Origin: Eubacterium sp.
GTDB taxonomy: Bacteria > Bacillota > Clostridia > Oscillospirales > Acutalibacteraceae
Direction of reading: 5' to 3'
Length of the DNA stretch: 64,000 nt
Assembly (NCBI GenBank): GCA_029258375.1
Contig: JARHZA010000001.1
Coordinates: 599,564-663,563, forward strand
Positions 10,272 through 19,786 of the stretch are shown piece by piece (positions within the stretch are counted from its first letter, which is position 1; each line of letters starts with the position of its first letter). The notes below the pieces were generated by a model, which was not told the origin of the DNA, did not search any database, and was given only the letters and a program-made list of their open reading frames with translations. Made by a program: the position numbers and the translations under genes.

Positions 10272-10829
10272 ATGGGAGTTTTTGACGACGCTTTTAGAGG
10301 TACAAATTTTGAAGATGCTTATTCAAAAACAAAAATAGTTGCAGATAAAATAAATGTAAAAGGCGCAAGATACATTGAATTATCTCGTAAAAAAATTGAA
10401 TATTTTGATACAAAGTCAAAACTTTCAAAGGCATATTCAAAATACGGCGAACTTCAGTATATGAAATTTATTGGCGAAGAAATAGACGAAAATGAACTTT
10501 CAAATTATGCAAATAGCATTGCTGAATTTCGTGAAAAAATAAATGTTTTAAAAGAAGAAATGCAAAAAAACGAAGAGTATAATAATAGCGAAGAATTAAA
10601 AAAAGAAGCAGAAAGATTTGCAAATGATGTTAAAGATGCCTCTAAAGAAGTTAAAGATGCTATTTCACAACAAGTAAAAGAGGCTAAAGAAGTAAAAGAA
10701 GTTATTGTAAATCAAGTTAAAGAAACAACAGAAGCTATCAAAACAGTTCAAAATTCAATGCAACAAAATGATAGTGACTTAGATGAAGTTGAAGTTACTG
10801 GCGAAAAAGTTTCTTCAGAGGATATTTAA
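10272..10829 (+). CDS. Hypothetical coiled-coil/amphipathic-repeat protein
   Basis: 185-aa ORF with GGGGTAGGTG RBS, its own promoter and terminator, and E/K-rich helical repeats. Confidence 0.75.
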   Translation: MGVFDDAFRGTNFEDAYSKTKIVADKINVKGARYIELSRKKIEYFDTKSKLSKAYSKYGELQYMKFIGEEIDENELSNYANSIAEFREKINVLKEEMQKNEEYNNSEELKKEAERFANDVKDASKEVKDAISQQVKEAKEVKEVIVNQVKETTEAIKTVQNSMQQNDSDLDEVEVTGEKVSSEDI

Positions 10830-10845
10830 AAAATAAATAAATTTT

Positions 10846-10880
10846 AAAGGCAGTACAAATTTTTTGTACTGCCTTTTTTT
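10846..10880 (+). terminator. Intrinsic terminator
   Basis: AAAGGCAGTACAAA / TTTGTACTGCCTTT stem followed by a T-run. Confidence 0.85.
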
Positions 10881-10889
10881 GGTGATTTT

Positions 10890-12578
10890 ATGAATAATAT
10901 AAAGCAAAAATATATAAATTCAGCTTTTTTGTTACTTGTTTCCTCTGTAGTTGTAAAAGCAATAAGTGCCGTATACAAAATCCCTTTAACTGCTTATATA
11001 GGAGCAACTGGAAGGGGATATTTTACAATGGCATATAATTTATATATGCCTATTCACGCCGTGATAATGGGTGCGTTTCCTGTTGCAATTTCTCATCTTG
11101 TAAGTAAGTATAATGAAAAACAAAATGGTGCTAAAATATATTCGCTAAAAAAAGCATCAAACAGATTGTTTTTTATTGTTGGCATAATCGGAACAGTATT
11201 TATGATTTTATTTGCAAAGCCTTATGCGCAAATTATATCATCTTCACCAAAAAGTATATATACTATATATGTTCTTGCACCAACTGTTCTATTTTCGTCT
11301 CTTGCAGCTTCACAACGCTCTTTTGCTGAGGGTTATATGAATATGTCTCCAACATCTGTAAGCCAAATTATAGAGGCTTTATTTAAAGTGATTTTTGGAC
11401 TTCTATTTGCAAGGCTCACTTTAAATTATCTTTATAGTTTATATGCTAACAGCGGTGCTGTTTTAGGTATTATTTGTAGTTCAGAAGAACAGGCTTTTTC
11501 TGTTATTTACCCATTAACGTCTGCAGCGTCAATGGGTGGTGTAACTGTTGGTTCGTTTTTTAGTTTTATTTATGTTTGGCTTTATAATTCTATAAAGTAT
11601 AATTCTCACAAAATTGATAAAAATTATAAAACAACAGATAGTATGAAAGAAATTTTAAGTTTCTCTGCACCAATTATAGTTTCTACTATAATTCAAAGTG
11701 TATCTACTTTTTTTGATAATTCATCTGTTCAGTATTGCCTTTCTTTTTGTAATTTTAATGAACTTAAAAATGCTTATGCAAAATGTATTGAAATTAGTGG
11801 CACTAATGATAGTGATTTAACAACTTATATATATGGTTTGTTTTCTGCTGCTGGAGATTTTAAAAACTTAATTCCAGGCTTTACAATGGCTCTTGGCGTT
11901 GCAGCAGTCCCTGCCATTTCGGCATCTTATGAAATGAATAATAAAGAACGTCTTGAATCCCTTTCAAACAGTATTTTTAAATATACTTCTGTTATTGCTT
12001 TTGGGTGTGGATTTTATATGTCTGTTTGTGCACCTTATATTTTGGAAGTTCTTTATAATTCTTCAAATAAAGATGTTGTTTTTGGATGCGAAAATCTTGT
12101 AAAATATTTTGGCTTTACAGAGATTTTTTATTGCCTTTCTGGCACTGCAATTTATGCCGTTCAAGCAATAGGATGTGCCAAAAAAAGTATACCATCTTTT
12201 GTTGTTTCAGCCTTTTTAAGAGTGCTAATAAATTGTTTTATGGTGTCTAATGCAAAATATAATTTGTACGGCGCAGTTATATCTGGTGCAGTTGGTTATG
12301 CAGTTATTCTGGTGTCTAATTTATATATATTTAAAAAGTATTCAAATATAAATTACAAGTTAAATATAATAATATTTAAACCTTTAGTTTGTTCATTGTT
12401 ATCATATTTTTTAACCAAGTTTTTATTTAATTCATTTTTTGTAATAGATAACATATTTATATGCTTTATTGCTATATCTTTTATTTATTTTTTAGTATTT
12501 ACATTTTTATTGTTTTTGTCAAAAACAATAGGATTTTCGGAATTGAAATTTTTTTATTCGTGTAAAAAAATGGCTTAA
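10890..12578 (+). CDS. MOP-family flippase (YabM/SpoVB/MurJ-like)
   Basis: Polytopic membrane protein; YKIPL...GATGRGYF...AYNLY...GAFPVAISHLVS N-terminus; located before mazG. Confidence 0.8.
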   Translation: MNNIKQKYINSAFLLLVSSVVVKAISAVYKIPLTAYIGATGRGYFTMAYNLYMPIHAVIMGAFPVAISHLVSKYNEKQNGAKIYSLKKASNRLFFIVGIIGTVFMILFAKPYAQIISSSPKSIYTIYVLAPTVLFSSLAASQRSFAEGYMNMSPTSVSQIIEALFKVIFGLLFARLTLNYLYSLYANSGAVLGIICSSEEQAFSVIYPLTSAASMGGVTVGSFFSFIYVWLYNSIKYNSHKIDKNYKTTDSMKEILSFSAPIIVSTIIQSVSTFFDNSSVQYCLSFCNFNELKNAYAKCIEISGTNDSDLTTYIYGLFSAAGDFKNLIPGFTMALGVAAVPAISASYEMNNKERLESLSNSIFKYTSVIAFGCGFYMSVCAPYILEVLYNSSNKDVVFGCENLVKYFGFTEIFYCLSGTAIYAVQAIGCAKKSIPSFVVSAFLRVLINCFMVSNAKYNLYGAVISGAVGYAVILVSNLYIFKKYSNINYKLNIIIFKPLVCSLLSYFLTKFLFNSFFVIDNIFICFIAISFIYFLVFTFLLFLSKTIGFSELKFFYSCKKMA

Positions 12579-12644
12579 ATGGTTGATAAATTATCACGTT
12601 TGTATTATTATTATACCAAACGAGTTAATTAGGGAGGGCTCTTT

Positions 12645-13472
12645 GTGGCAGTTGATTTTGAAATTAAAGATAAATACAATATCGATGATTTAGTTCAACT
12701 TGTTAAGGTTTTAAGAGCTCCAAATGGCTGTCCGTGGGATAGAGAACAAACACACGAATCCATTAAAAAGAATTTTATTGAAGAAACGTATGAAGTTATT
12801 GAGGCGATAAATAAAAAAGATTGTGAAAGTCTCAAAGAAGAACTTGGCGATGTACTCCTTCAGGTTGCTCTTCATTCTGAAATGGAACGTGAAAATGGTA
12901 CTTTTGATTTTGATGATGTTGCAAACGATATTTGTCAAAAACTTGTAATTCGTCATCCTCATGTTTTTGGTGAACTTACCGCCTCGAATGAAAAAGAGGC
13001 TCTTCAAAATTGGGATGAAGTTAAGTTAAAGACAAAAGGTATGAAAAAACAAAGCGACTCTATTATTAAAGTTCCTCGTGAATTTCCCGCTCTTATGAGG
13101 GCACAAAAAATTCAACAAAAAGCCGCTAAGGCAGGTTTCGATTGGAACGATAAGAACGGTGCAATCGAAAAGTTGTTTGAAGAGATTAACGAGTTACAGG
13201 AAGCTTTGTCAAAAGGTAATAAGTTTGAAATAGAAGATGAATTCGGAGATGTCCTTTTTTCTTGTGTAAATATTGCTCGCTTTATTGATGTTGATTCAGA
13301 AGAAGCATTAACTGGTGCAACAGATAAATTTATGAACCGTTTCATTGAAGTTGAAAAACTTGCACAAGAACAGGGTATAGATATGAAAAATTCTTCTATT
13401 GAAGAACTTGATATATTATGGGATAAAGCAAAGATTATTACAGCCGAAAAGGCTAATATGGAGGAAAAATAA
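12645..13472 (+). CDS. mazG: Nucleoside triphosphate pyrophosphohydrolase MazG (no methylase domain)
   Basis: GCPWDREQT, EETYEV, EELGDVLLQV, RHPHVFG and EFGDVLF motifs; GTG start. Confidence 0.95.
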   Translation: MAVDFEIKDKYNIDDLVQLVKVLRAPNGCPWDREQTHESIKKNFIEETYEVIEAINKKDCESLKEELGDVLLQVALHSEMERENGTFDFDDVANDICQKLVIRHPHVFGELTASNEKEALQNWDEVKLKTKGMKKQSDSIIKVPREFPALMRAQKIQQKAAKAGFDWNDKNGAIEKLFEEINELQEALSKGNKFEIEDEFGDVLFSCVNIARFIDVDSEEALTGATDKFMNRFIEVEKLAQEQGIDMKNSSIEELDILWDKAKIITAEKANMEEK

Positions 13473-13745
13473 ATGAATAAAACAGAACTCGTAGCAGCAG
13501 TTGCTACAAAAGCAGAACTTTCAAAGAAAGATGCAGAAGCAGCAGTTAAAGCTGTTGTTGACTCAATCACAGAAGCTCTTGTTGATGGCGACAAAGTTGC
13601 ACTTGTTGGCTTTGGTACATTTGATGTTAAGACTCGTGCAGCTCGCACAGGTAAAAATCCTCGCACAGGTGAAGTTATTGAAATTCCTGAAGCTAAAGTT
13701 CCTTCTTTCAAAGCAGGTTCAGCTCTTAAGGATGCAGTAAAATAA
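13473..13745 (+). CDS. hup: HU DNA-binding protein
   Basis: MNKTELV...GFGTF...[10 protein letters not shown]...PSFKAG. Confidence 0.97.
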   Translation: MNKTELVAAVATKAELSKKDAEAAVKAVVDSITEALVDGDKVALVGFGTFDVKTRAARTGKNPRTGEVIEIPEAKVPSFKAGSALKDAVK

Positions 13746-13812
13746 GAACCTAAAGTGGCCACCACATATAATGTGGTGGCTTAAATTTTTTATAAATATA
13801 TTTGGTGATTAT

Positions 13813-14052
13813 ATGAGACTTGATAAATATTTAAAAGTAACAAGAATTATAAAGCGAAGAACTGTTGCTAATGAAGCTTGTGATGCAGGCAGAATAGAGG
13901 TAAATGGCAAAGTTCAAAGAGCGTCTTATGATGTTAAAATAGGTGATAAAATAACTGTTAATATGGGCACAGATAGCCGCAATTATGAAGTTGTTCAAAT
14001 TAGTGAACACGCCTTAAAAGAAGATGCATCAAAAATGTATAAAATTTTATAA
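13813..14052 (+). CDS. S4-domain RNA-binding protein (YabO/Hsp15-like)
   Basis: MRLDKYLKVTRIIKRRTVANEACDAGRI; GGTG RBS before ATG 13813. Confidence 0.92.
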   Translation: MRLDKYLKVTRIIKRRTVANEACDAGRIEVNGKVQRASYDVKIGDKITVNMGTDSRNYEVVQISEHALKEDASKMYKIL

Positions 14053-14053
14053 T

Positions 14054-14082
14054 TCATTAAATAGTCATTCGCATCATATATT
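14054..14082 (+). promoter_or_regulatory. Putative sigma-E promoter of yabPQ
   Basis: TCATTAA, 14 bp spacer, CATATATT. Resembles the B. subtilis sigma-E consensus, and yabPQ is sigma-E-dependent in Bacillus. Confidence 0.45.
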
Positions 14083-14100
14083 TTTAGCGGGTGATTTTTT

Positions 14101-14376
14101 ATGGACGAAAAAATGAAAAAGGCTCATAGCCTTTCGCTACAAAATAGAAATGAATTAAAATTAACTGGTGTAACAGATGTTGATTCTTTTGACGAAGAAA
14201 CTATTTCTGCTTATACAGACTATGGCTGCCTAACTATAAGCGGTTCCAATTTGCATATTGAAGAACTTAATCTTGAAACAGGAAAATTAGAAGTTAAGGG
14301 CGAAATTAACGCTCTTGTTTATACTAATAAAACTGCTAAAAACGATAATTTTTTAAAAAGGATTTTCAGTGCCTAA
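14101..14376 (+). CDS. yabP: Sporulation protein YabP
   Basis: HSLSLQNRNELKLTGVTDVDSFDE...LHIEELNLETG...GEINALVY. Confidence 0.9.
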   Translation: MDEKMKKAHSLSLQNRNELKLTGVTDVDSFDEETISAYTDYGCLTISGSNLHIEELNLETGKLEVKGEINALVYTNKTAKNDNFLKRIFSA

Positions 14377-14818
14377 CGAATTTATTACTTTTGTTCTTCT
14401 TGGATTTTCATTTGGAATTTTGTATGATGTTTTTCGCTTTTTTAGGTTCGTTTTTAAGTCTGTAAAAATACAATTTCTTATAGATTTTCTTTATTTTGTT
14501 GTAATTTCATTTGTTTTTTTTATTTTTTTGCTTGCATATAATAATGGGCAAGTAAGGGCGTATTACTTTACACTTTCTTTTGCAGGTTTTTTATTTTATA
14601 TGTTAACTCTGTTTCGATTAACAGAACACGGAGAACGTTTTATTGCTCTAAATCTTAGGAATTTACTAAGAAAATTAACCAAATCTTTAAAAAAGGTATT
14701 GCAATTTATTAGAAACGTGTATTATAATAAAATTGTGTTAAGGCTAAAGCCTTTACGTAAAAATGACAAAGTTGGTAATATCGATGAAAGCATTTTTTCA
14801 GAAAATAAAGCAAAATAA
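14369..14818 (+). CDS. yabQ: Spore cortex biosynthesis protein YabQ
   Basis: GILYDVFRFFR...DFLYF...YNNGQVRAY pattern; located after yabP. Confidence 0.85.
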   Translation: MPNEFITFVLLGFSFGILYDVFRFFRFVFKSVKIQFLIDFLYFVVISFVFFIFLLAYNNGQVRAYYFTLSFAGFLFYMLTLFRLTEHGERFIALNLRNLLRKLTKSLKKVLQFIRNVYYNKIVLRLKPLRKNDKVGNIDESIFSENKAK

Positions 14819-15104
14819 AAAAACACGTGTGCTTGCAATAATAGTTCCACTTGTTGTTTTGTTTTTTATTTGTGGTGGAATAATCGTTTCGCAGTTATCC
14901 GATATCAGCCGTCTACAAAAACAACAAGATGCGTACAGTGAGCAACTGTCAGAGCAACAAAAAGAAAATGACTCTCTTCAAAAAATTCTTGATTCTGATG
15001 ACAAAGATAGTTATATTGAAAAGAAGGCACGTGAAAAGGGTTATGTTAAATCAAATGAAGTTGTGTTTTATGATGTAGCTGGTAGTAATTCTGGTAGTAA
15101 CTAA
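14784..15104 (+). CDS. Septum formation initiator (DivIC/FtsB family)
   Basis: Basic N-terminus, one TM helix, coiled coil, YIEKKAREKGYV motif; position after yabQ. Start may instead be 14763. Confidence 0.85.
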   Translation: MKAFFQKIKQNKKTRVLAIIVPLVVLFFICGGIIVSQLSDISRLQKQQDAYSEQLSEQQKENDSLQKILDSDDKDSYIEKKAREKGYVKSNEVVFYDVAGSNSGSN

Positions 15105-15108
15105 TATT

Positions 15109-15139
15109 AGCCGAGAATATTTCTCGGCTTGTTTTTTTG
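15109..15139 (+). terminator. Intrinsic terminator
   Basis: AGCCGAGAA-TAT-TTCTCGGCT followed by a T-run. Confidence 0.8.
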
Positions 15140-15157
15140 AAAAGAGGTTGTAATTAA

Positions 15158-16003
15158 ATGAGAGAAATAGATGCTTCTTTAATAACAAACACAGTTAAAA
15201 ATCTTTTAATAAAAGCAAATAAAATTTTGCCTAACGATTTAGTTGAATGTATTGGTTGTTCTAAAATTGCAGAAGATAACGAAACTGCAAAATCAATATT
15301 ATGTGATTTAGAAAGTAATATTGATGCGGCAAAAGAACTTGATATACCTGTTTGTCAAGATACTGGTATGGCTGTTATTTTTGCAGAAGTAGGACAAGAT
15401 GTTCATATCGTTGGCGGCAGTTTTGAAGATGCAGTAAATAAAGGTGTTAGTCTTGGTTATACCGATGGACTTCTTAGAAAATCTGTTGTTAGAGATCCTT
15501 TTTATGATAGGGTGAATACTAACGATAATACACCTGCAATTATTCATACACGCATAGTAGATGGCGATAAAATCAAAATCACCGCAGCTCCAAAAGGTTT
15601 TGGCAGTGAAAATATGAGCAAACTTCGTATGTTTACTCCAAGTGCTAAAAGAGAAGATATTATTAACTACATTGTAGATGTAGTTAAAACTGCTGGTTCA
15701 AATCCTTGCCCACCAGTTGTAATCGGTGTTGGCATTGGTGGCGATTTCGAATACAGTGCAGTTCTTGCCAAAAAAGCACTTTGTCGCCCAGTGTCACAAA
15801 AAAATAAAATAGAGTTTTATAGAGAAATGGAAAGTGAAATTCTTGAAAAAATAAATTCCCTTGATATAGGACCACAAGGTTTTGGAGGAAAAACAACAGC
15901 ACTTTCTGTTAATATAGAAACTTACCCAACCCACATAGCAGGCTTGCCTGTTGCAGTAAACGTAGGCTGTCACGTGACACGCCACGCATCAGAGGAAATA
16001 TAA
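15158..16003 (+). CDS. Fe-S fumarate hydratase (class I, two-subunit type) alpha subunit
   Basis: PVCQDTG, GLLRKS, KGFGSENMS, NPCPP...GIGG and CHVTRH motifs; 281 aa. Confidence 0.9.
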   Translation: MREIDASLITNTVKNLLIKANKILPNDLVECIGCSKIAEDNETAKSILCDLESNIDAAKELDIPVCQDTGMAVIFAEVGQDVHIVGGSFEDAVNKGVSLGYTDGLLRKSVVRDPFYDRVNTNDNTPAIIHTRIVDGDKIKITAAPKGFGSENMSKLRMFTPSAKREDIINYIVDVVKTAGSNPCPPVVIGVGIGGDFEYSAVLAKKALCRPVSQKNKIEFYREMESEILEKINSLDIGPQGFGGKTTALSVNIETYPTHIAGLPVAVNVGCHVTRHASEEI

Positions 16004-16005
16004 TT

Positions 16006-17121
16006 ATGTATCTTTATATGGTAGCACCTTGTCTTTTCGGAATAGAAAAGTTGGTTGCAGATGAACTTAAATTTATGGGGGCAGAAAATGTAACTGCCGA
16101 AAACGGAAGAGTGTTTTTTGAAGGTGATGAAAGCATTCTTGCCCGTGCAAATATCAATAGCCGTTTTTCTGAAAGAATACTTATTGTTCTTGATAGATTT
16201 AAAGCGGTTACTTTTACAGAACTTTTTGATGCTGTAAAGTTAATTAACTGGAGCGATTTTATTGGCTCAAACGATACATTCCCAGTTAAAGGTTATAGTC
16301 TTAATTCAGCACTTCATTCAGTTCCAGATTGTCAAAAAATAATTAAAAAAGCAGTTGTTGAAAGTTTAAAAGAAGACTACAACCTTAGTTGGTTTGAAGA
16401 AACAGGACCTGTTCATCAAATTCAATTTTCAATTATTAAAGACGATGTAACAATTATGCTTGATACTTCAGGCACAGGACTTCATAAAAGAGGTTATAGA
16501 CCAGAGTCAAACGATGCTCCAATAAGAGAAACACTTGCTGCTGCAATGTGTTCTTTATCAAAACTTCGTCATTACCACACAATGTATGACCCTTGTTGTG
16601 GCAGTGGTACAATTCTTATTGAAGGGGCAATGCTTGCACATAATATTGCACCTGGAATAAATCGTAATTTTTCAGTTGATAGATGGGGCTTTGTGCCAGA
16701 GGCAGTTTGGAAAGCAGAGCGTGAAAGATGCCGTGATATAATTAAAACAGATACAGATTTTGTTGCATTTGGAACAGATATTGATTATCACGCAATTGAA
16801 CTTACACTTGCAAATGCAAAAAGAATTAAAGTTGATAAGTTTTTAAGACTTGATACAGCCGATGTAAAAGATTTTAACCCAACAACCGAAAGAGGAACTC
16901 TTATAACTAACCCTCCTTATGGTGAACGTATGCTTGATGTTAGAGAGGCAGAACGTATTTATAAGATAATGGGCGAAAAGTTTGTTGCTCGTCACGGTTG
17001 GAGTTATGGCATAATTTCTCCAGATGAAGAATTTGAAAAATGTTTTGGTAGAAAAGCAGATAAACGTCGCAAATTATATAATGGTATGATAAAATGCCAA
17101 TATTATATGTATTTTAAGTAA
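16006..17121 (+). CDS. THUMP-domain RNA methyltransferase (RlmL/YpsC-like)
   Basis: LDTSGTGLHKRGYR, APIRETLAA, DPCCGSGTI, ITNPPYGER and LYNG motifs. Confidence 0.9.
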   Translation: MYLYMVAPCLFGIEKLVADELKFMGAENVTAENGRVFFEGDESILARANINSRFSERILIVLDRFKAVTFTELFDAVKLINWSDFIGSNDTFPVKGYSLNSALHSVPDCQKIIKKAVVESLKEDYNLSWFEETGPVHQIQFSIIKDDVTIMLDTSGTGLHKRGYRPESNDAPIRETLAAAMCSLSKLRHYHTMYDPCCGSGTILIEGAMLAHNIAPGINRNFSVDRWGFVPEAVWKAERERCRDIIKTDTDFVAFGTDIDYHAIELTLANAKRIKVDKFLRLDTADVKDFNPTTERGTLITNPPYGERMLDVREAERIYKIMGEKFVARHGWSYGIISPDEEFEKCFGRKADKRRKLYNGMIKCQYYMYFK

Positions 17122-17132
17122 AAAATAGTGTT

Positions 17133-17170
17133 AAAAAAAAGAATGGGATAGCACCCATTCTTTTTTTTTT
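17133..17170 (+). terminator. Intrinsic terminator (possibly bidirectional)
   Basis: A-run, GAATGGG-ATAGCA-CCCATTC, long T-run. Confidence 0.85.
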
Positions 17171-17356
17171 GAAAATTTTTTGTATTTTGTATTGAAAAAT
17201 GTAAAAATAAATAGTATCTTATAGTTAAAGTTAATAAAATATTATTCTTCATACATAAAAAAATTAGTCACATATTATATGGTTGTGCAAAATTATGTAA
17301 ATGAGAATATGTTTTAAACTGAAATTAACTTATATAAAGAAAGGCAGGTAGAAAAA

Positions 17357-18319
17357 ATGAAGAAAGTAGTTAGTTTGTTATTATCAATAGTTATGATTAT
17401 AGGTGTGCTTTTTGGCCTTAATCTAAACGCATACGCTAAAAGTAATGAGGGATCTTGGGTAAAAGATAACTATGGTTGGCGTTATGTTTACGAGGACGGC
17501 ACATATGCTAAAGATGATATTTATGATATAGGAAACGGCAGTTTTTACTTTAATGAAGAAGGCTATATGATTACAGGCTGGCGTTATATAAATCAAGTAT
17601 GGTTTTATTTTGAACCATCTGGTTATATGGTAAAAGGCTGGAAAAACATTTCTGGTTCTTATTACTATTTTGATAAAGATGGCGAAATGGCATATGATAA
17701 ATTCGTTTATGATGAAGACGAAACCGGAGAGTATATTTATAATATTTATTATGTTGATGAAAATGGTGTTTGGATTCCAAATAAATGGATGAAGAATAGT
17801 GTGGGATATTGGTATCTTTTTGGTGATGGTACATATCCTCGTGATGACGGAATTGTAGAAGATGGCAGATTATACTTTTTTGACAGAGATGGATATTTAA
17901 GAATTGGACATTTTACCATAGGTGGATATAACTTTTATTCTAATGAACAAGGATATCTTGTGGGTTGGCATCTTTTAGGAAATGGATGGCATTATCTTAA
18001 CAGTTCTGGTTATCCAATTAGAAATACTTGGCAGTATATAGATGGGTATTGGTATTTCTTTGATGAGTACGGAGTAATCTATACTGGTTTAGTAAATATA
18101 GCAGGCGAAAAATTCTTCTTTAACGAATCAGGTCAAATGATAACCGGTTGGAGATATATAGAAAATAATTGGTATTATTTTAATAGCGAAGGTTATATGC
18201 AAAAATATTGGCAAAAAATAGGCAATAAATGGTATTATTTTGATTCAACAGGAGTAATGCAAACAAATCAGTATATAGAGGGATTTTATGTAGATTCTAA
18301 TGGTGTTTGGATTCCATAA
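17357..18319 (+). CDS. Secreted protein composed of cell-wall/choline-binding repeats
   Basis: Signal peptide ending AYA-K, then about a dozen GW..I...WYYF...G.M-type repeats; no catalytic domain visible. Confidence 0.85.
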   Translation: MKKVVSLLLSIVMIIGVLFGLNLNAYAKSNEGSWVKDNYGWRYVYEDGTYAKDDIYDIGNGSFYFNEEGYMITGWRYINQVWFYFEPSGYMVKGWKNISGSYYYFDKDGEMAYDKFVYDEDETGEYIYNIYYVDENGVWIPNKWMKNSVGYWYLFGDGTYPRDDGIVEDGRLYFFDRDGYLRIGHFTIGGYNFYSNEQGYLVGWHLLGNGWHYLNSSGYPIRNTWQYIDGYWYFFDEYGVIYTGLVNIAGEKFFFNESGQMITGWRYIENNWYYFNSEGYMQKYWQKIGNKWYYFDSTGVMQTNQYIEGFYVDSNGVWIP

Positions 18320-18345
18320 GCTTAGTGCTATATTTAAAATCAAAC

Positions 18346-18378
18346 TAAAAAAAGGCAGGTTTATACCTGTCTTTTTTT
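18346..18378 (+). terminator. Intrinsic terminator
   Basis: AAAAAGGCAGGT-TTAT-ACCTGTCTTTTTTTT. Confidence 0.8.
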
Positions 18379-18466
18379 ATTTATAGTGAAGAAATTACCA
18401 TATAACTTTTATTGTAGTGTTTTTTATAATTCTAAATGTAATTTATTGGACTTTATTTTATAACGC

Positions 18467-18510
18467 TTGACTTTTTTTATTACAAGTTATAAAATAGAAC
18501 AAACGTTCTA
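18467..18510 (+). promoter_or_regulatory. Sigma-A promoter with a LexA (SOS) box overlapping the start site
   Basis: TTGACT (18467-18472), 17 bp spacer, TAAAAT (18490-18495), then TAGAAC-AAAC-GTTCTA (18495-18510), matching the Firmicutes GAAC-N4-GTTC box. Confidence 0.85.
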
Positions 18511-18535
18511 AAAAAGTGAGTTGTGGTAAGTTATT

Positions 18536-19768
18536 ATGGAAAAAACTATTTTGCACGTAGATTGCAATAAATTTTATGCGTCTGTTGAATGTCTTCATAA
18601 TCCAGAAATAAGAAACAAACCTGTTGCTGTTGGGGGAAGTACAGAATCAAGGCACGGAATCATTTTAACTAAAAATGAAATTGCATCAAGATATGGCCTT
18701 GTAACTGGCGAACCTTTGTGGAAGGCAAAAAAGAAATGTCCAGATCTCATTGTTGTTCCGCCTAATTTTCCTCTTTATGTTAGGTTTTCTAATTTGGCTA
18801 AAAATATTTATAAAGATTATTCGGACTATGTTGAGCCATTTGGTCTTGATGAAAACTGGATAGATGTTACAGGAGATCGCAGAACTGGTGAGGCTATTGC
18901 AGAAGAAATACGAAAGCGTGTTAAATATGAACTTGGCATAACTGTTAGTATTGGTGTTTCTTGGAATAAAGTGTTTGCAAAATTCGGTTCTGATTATAGA
19001 AAACCAGATGCAATAACGGTAATAACAAAAGAAAATTTTCAAGATATAGTTTGGAAAAGTCCTTGTTCGGATATGTTGTTTGTTGGCCCTGCAACTAATA
19101 AAAAACTTGCTTCTTATGGTATTTATACAATAGGTGATCTTGCCGTTGCAGACATAGATTTTCTTAGTTCTGTTTTTGGAAAAAATGGCGAAATACTTCA
19201 TAATTTTGCAAATGGTTTTGATTCTTCGCCAGTTCGTCATATAAATGATAAAAGATCATTAAAAAGTGTTGGTAATTCAACAACAACACCTCGTGATATG
19301 GTAAACAATGATGATGTTAAAACTGTTTTTACTGTTCTTGCAGAAAGTGTTGCAAGACGTATGAGGGAAGAGGGACTAAAGGGTAAAACAGTTACAATTA
19401 CAATTCGTGATAAAAATCTTTATCAATTTACAAGGCAAGGAAAAATGAAGGCACATACCGATGTATCAACAGAGATAATAGATACTGCTATGAAAATATT
19501 TACACGAAATTATACGTGGAATAATTCAATAAGAAGTATTGGCATTTCTGTGTCTGATTTTGATTTTGAAGAGGGTATTCAATTTGATTTGTCAGGTTCT
19601 GTTGAAAAAAGAGAAAAATTGGAAAATCTTGAAAAGGCAGTAGATAATATTAGGCAAAGATTTGGCAACTATGCCGTTCAGCGAGCATCGCTTTTGAAAG
19701 ATGAAAATTTAAGCAGATTTAATCCTTACGATGACCACACTATTCATCCTATTGGATTTTTTCAATAA
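18536..19768 (+). CDS. dinB: Y-family translesion DNA polymerase (DinB/YqjH-like)
   Basis: HVDCNKFYASVE, FGLDE, KVFAKFGSD and VGPAT motifs; C-terminal QFDL and AVDNIRQRFG. Confidence 0.9.
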   Translation: MEKTILHVDCNKFYASVECLHNPEIRNKPVAVGGSTESRHGIILTKNEIASRYGLVTGEPLWKAKKKCPDLIVVPPNFPLYVRFSNLAKNIYKDYSDYVEPFGLDENWIDVTGDRRTGEAIAEEIRKRVKYELGITVSIGVSWNKVFAKFGSDYRKPDAITVITKENFQDIVWKSPCSDMLFVGPATNKKLASYGIYTIGDLAVADIDFLSSVFGKNGEILHNFANGFDSSPVRHINDKRSLKSVGNSTTTPRDMVNNDDVKTVFTVLAESVARRMREEGLKGKTVTITIRDKNLYQFTRQGKMKAHTDVSTEIIDTAMKIFTRNYTWNNSIRSIGISVSDFDFEEGIQFDLSGSVEKREKLENLEKAVDNIRQRFGNYAVQRASLLKDENLSRFNPYDDHTIHPIGFFQ

Positions 19769-19786
19769 AATAAATGAGGTGTAAAA

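Noticed and set aside
13112-13765. 217-aa minus-strand ORF overlapping mazG and hup
   Set aside because: Antisense shadow of two well-supported genes; no RBS or recognisable motif. Biased codon use readily leaves such frames open.
17133-17170. Long A and T homopolymers as phase-variation tracts
   Set aside because: They are the flanks of a terminator hairpin, outside any coding region or promoter spacer.
17500-18319. Duplicated blocks in the repeat protein as a possible DGR template/variable pair
   Set aside because: The blocks differ at all base types and mostly at synonymous sites, not only at adenines, and no reverse transcriptase is in the window.
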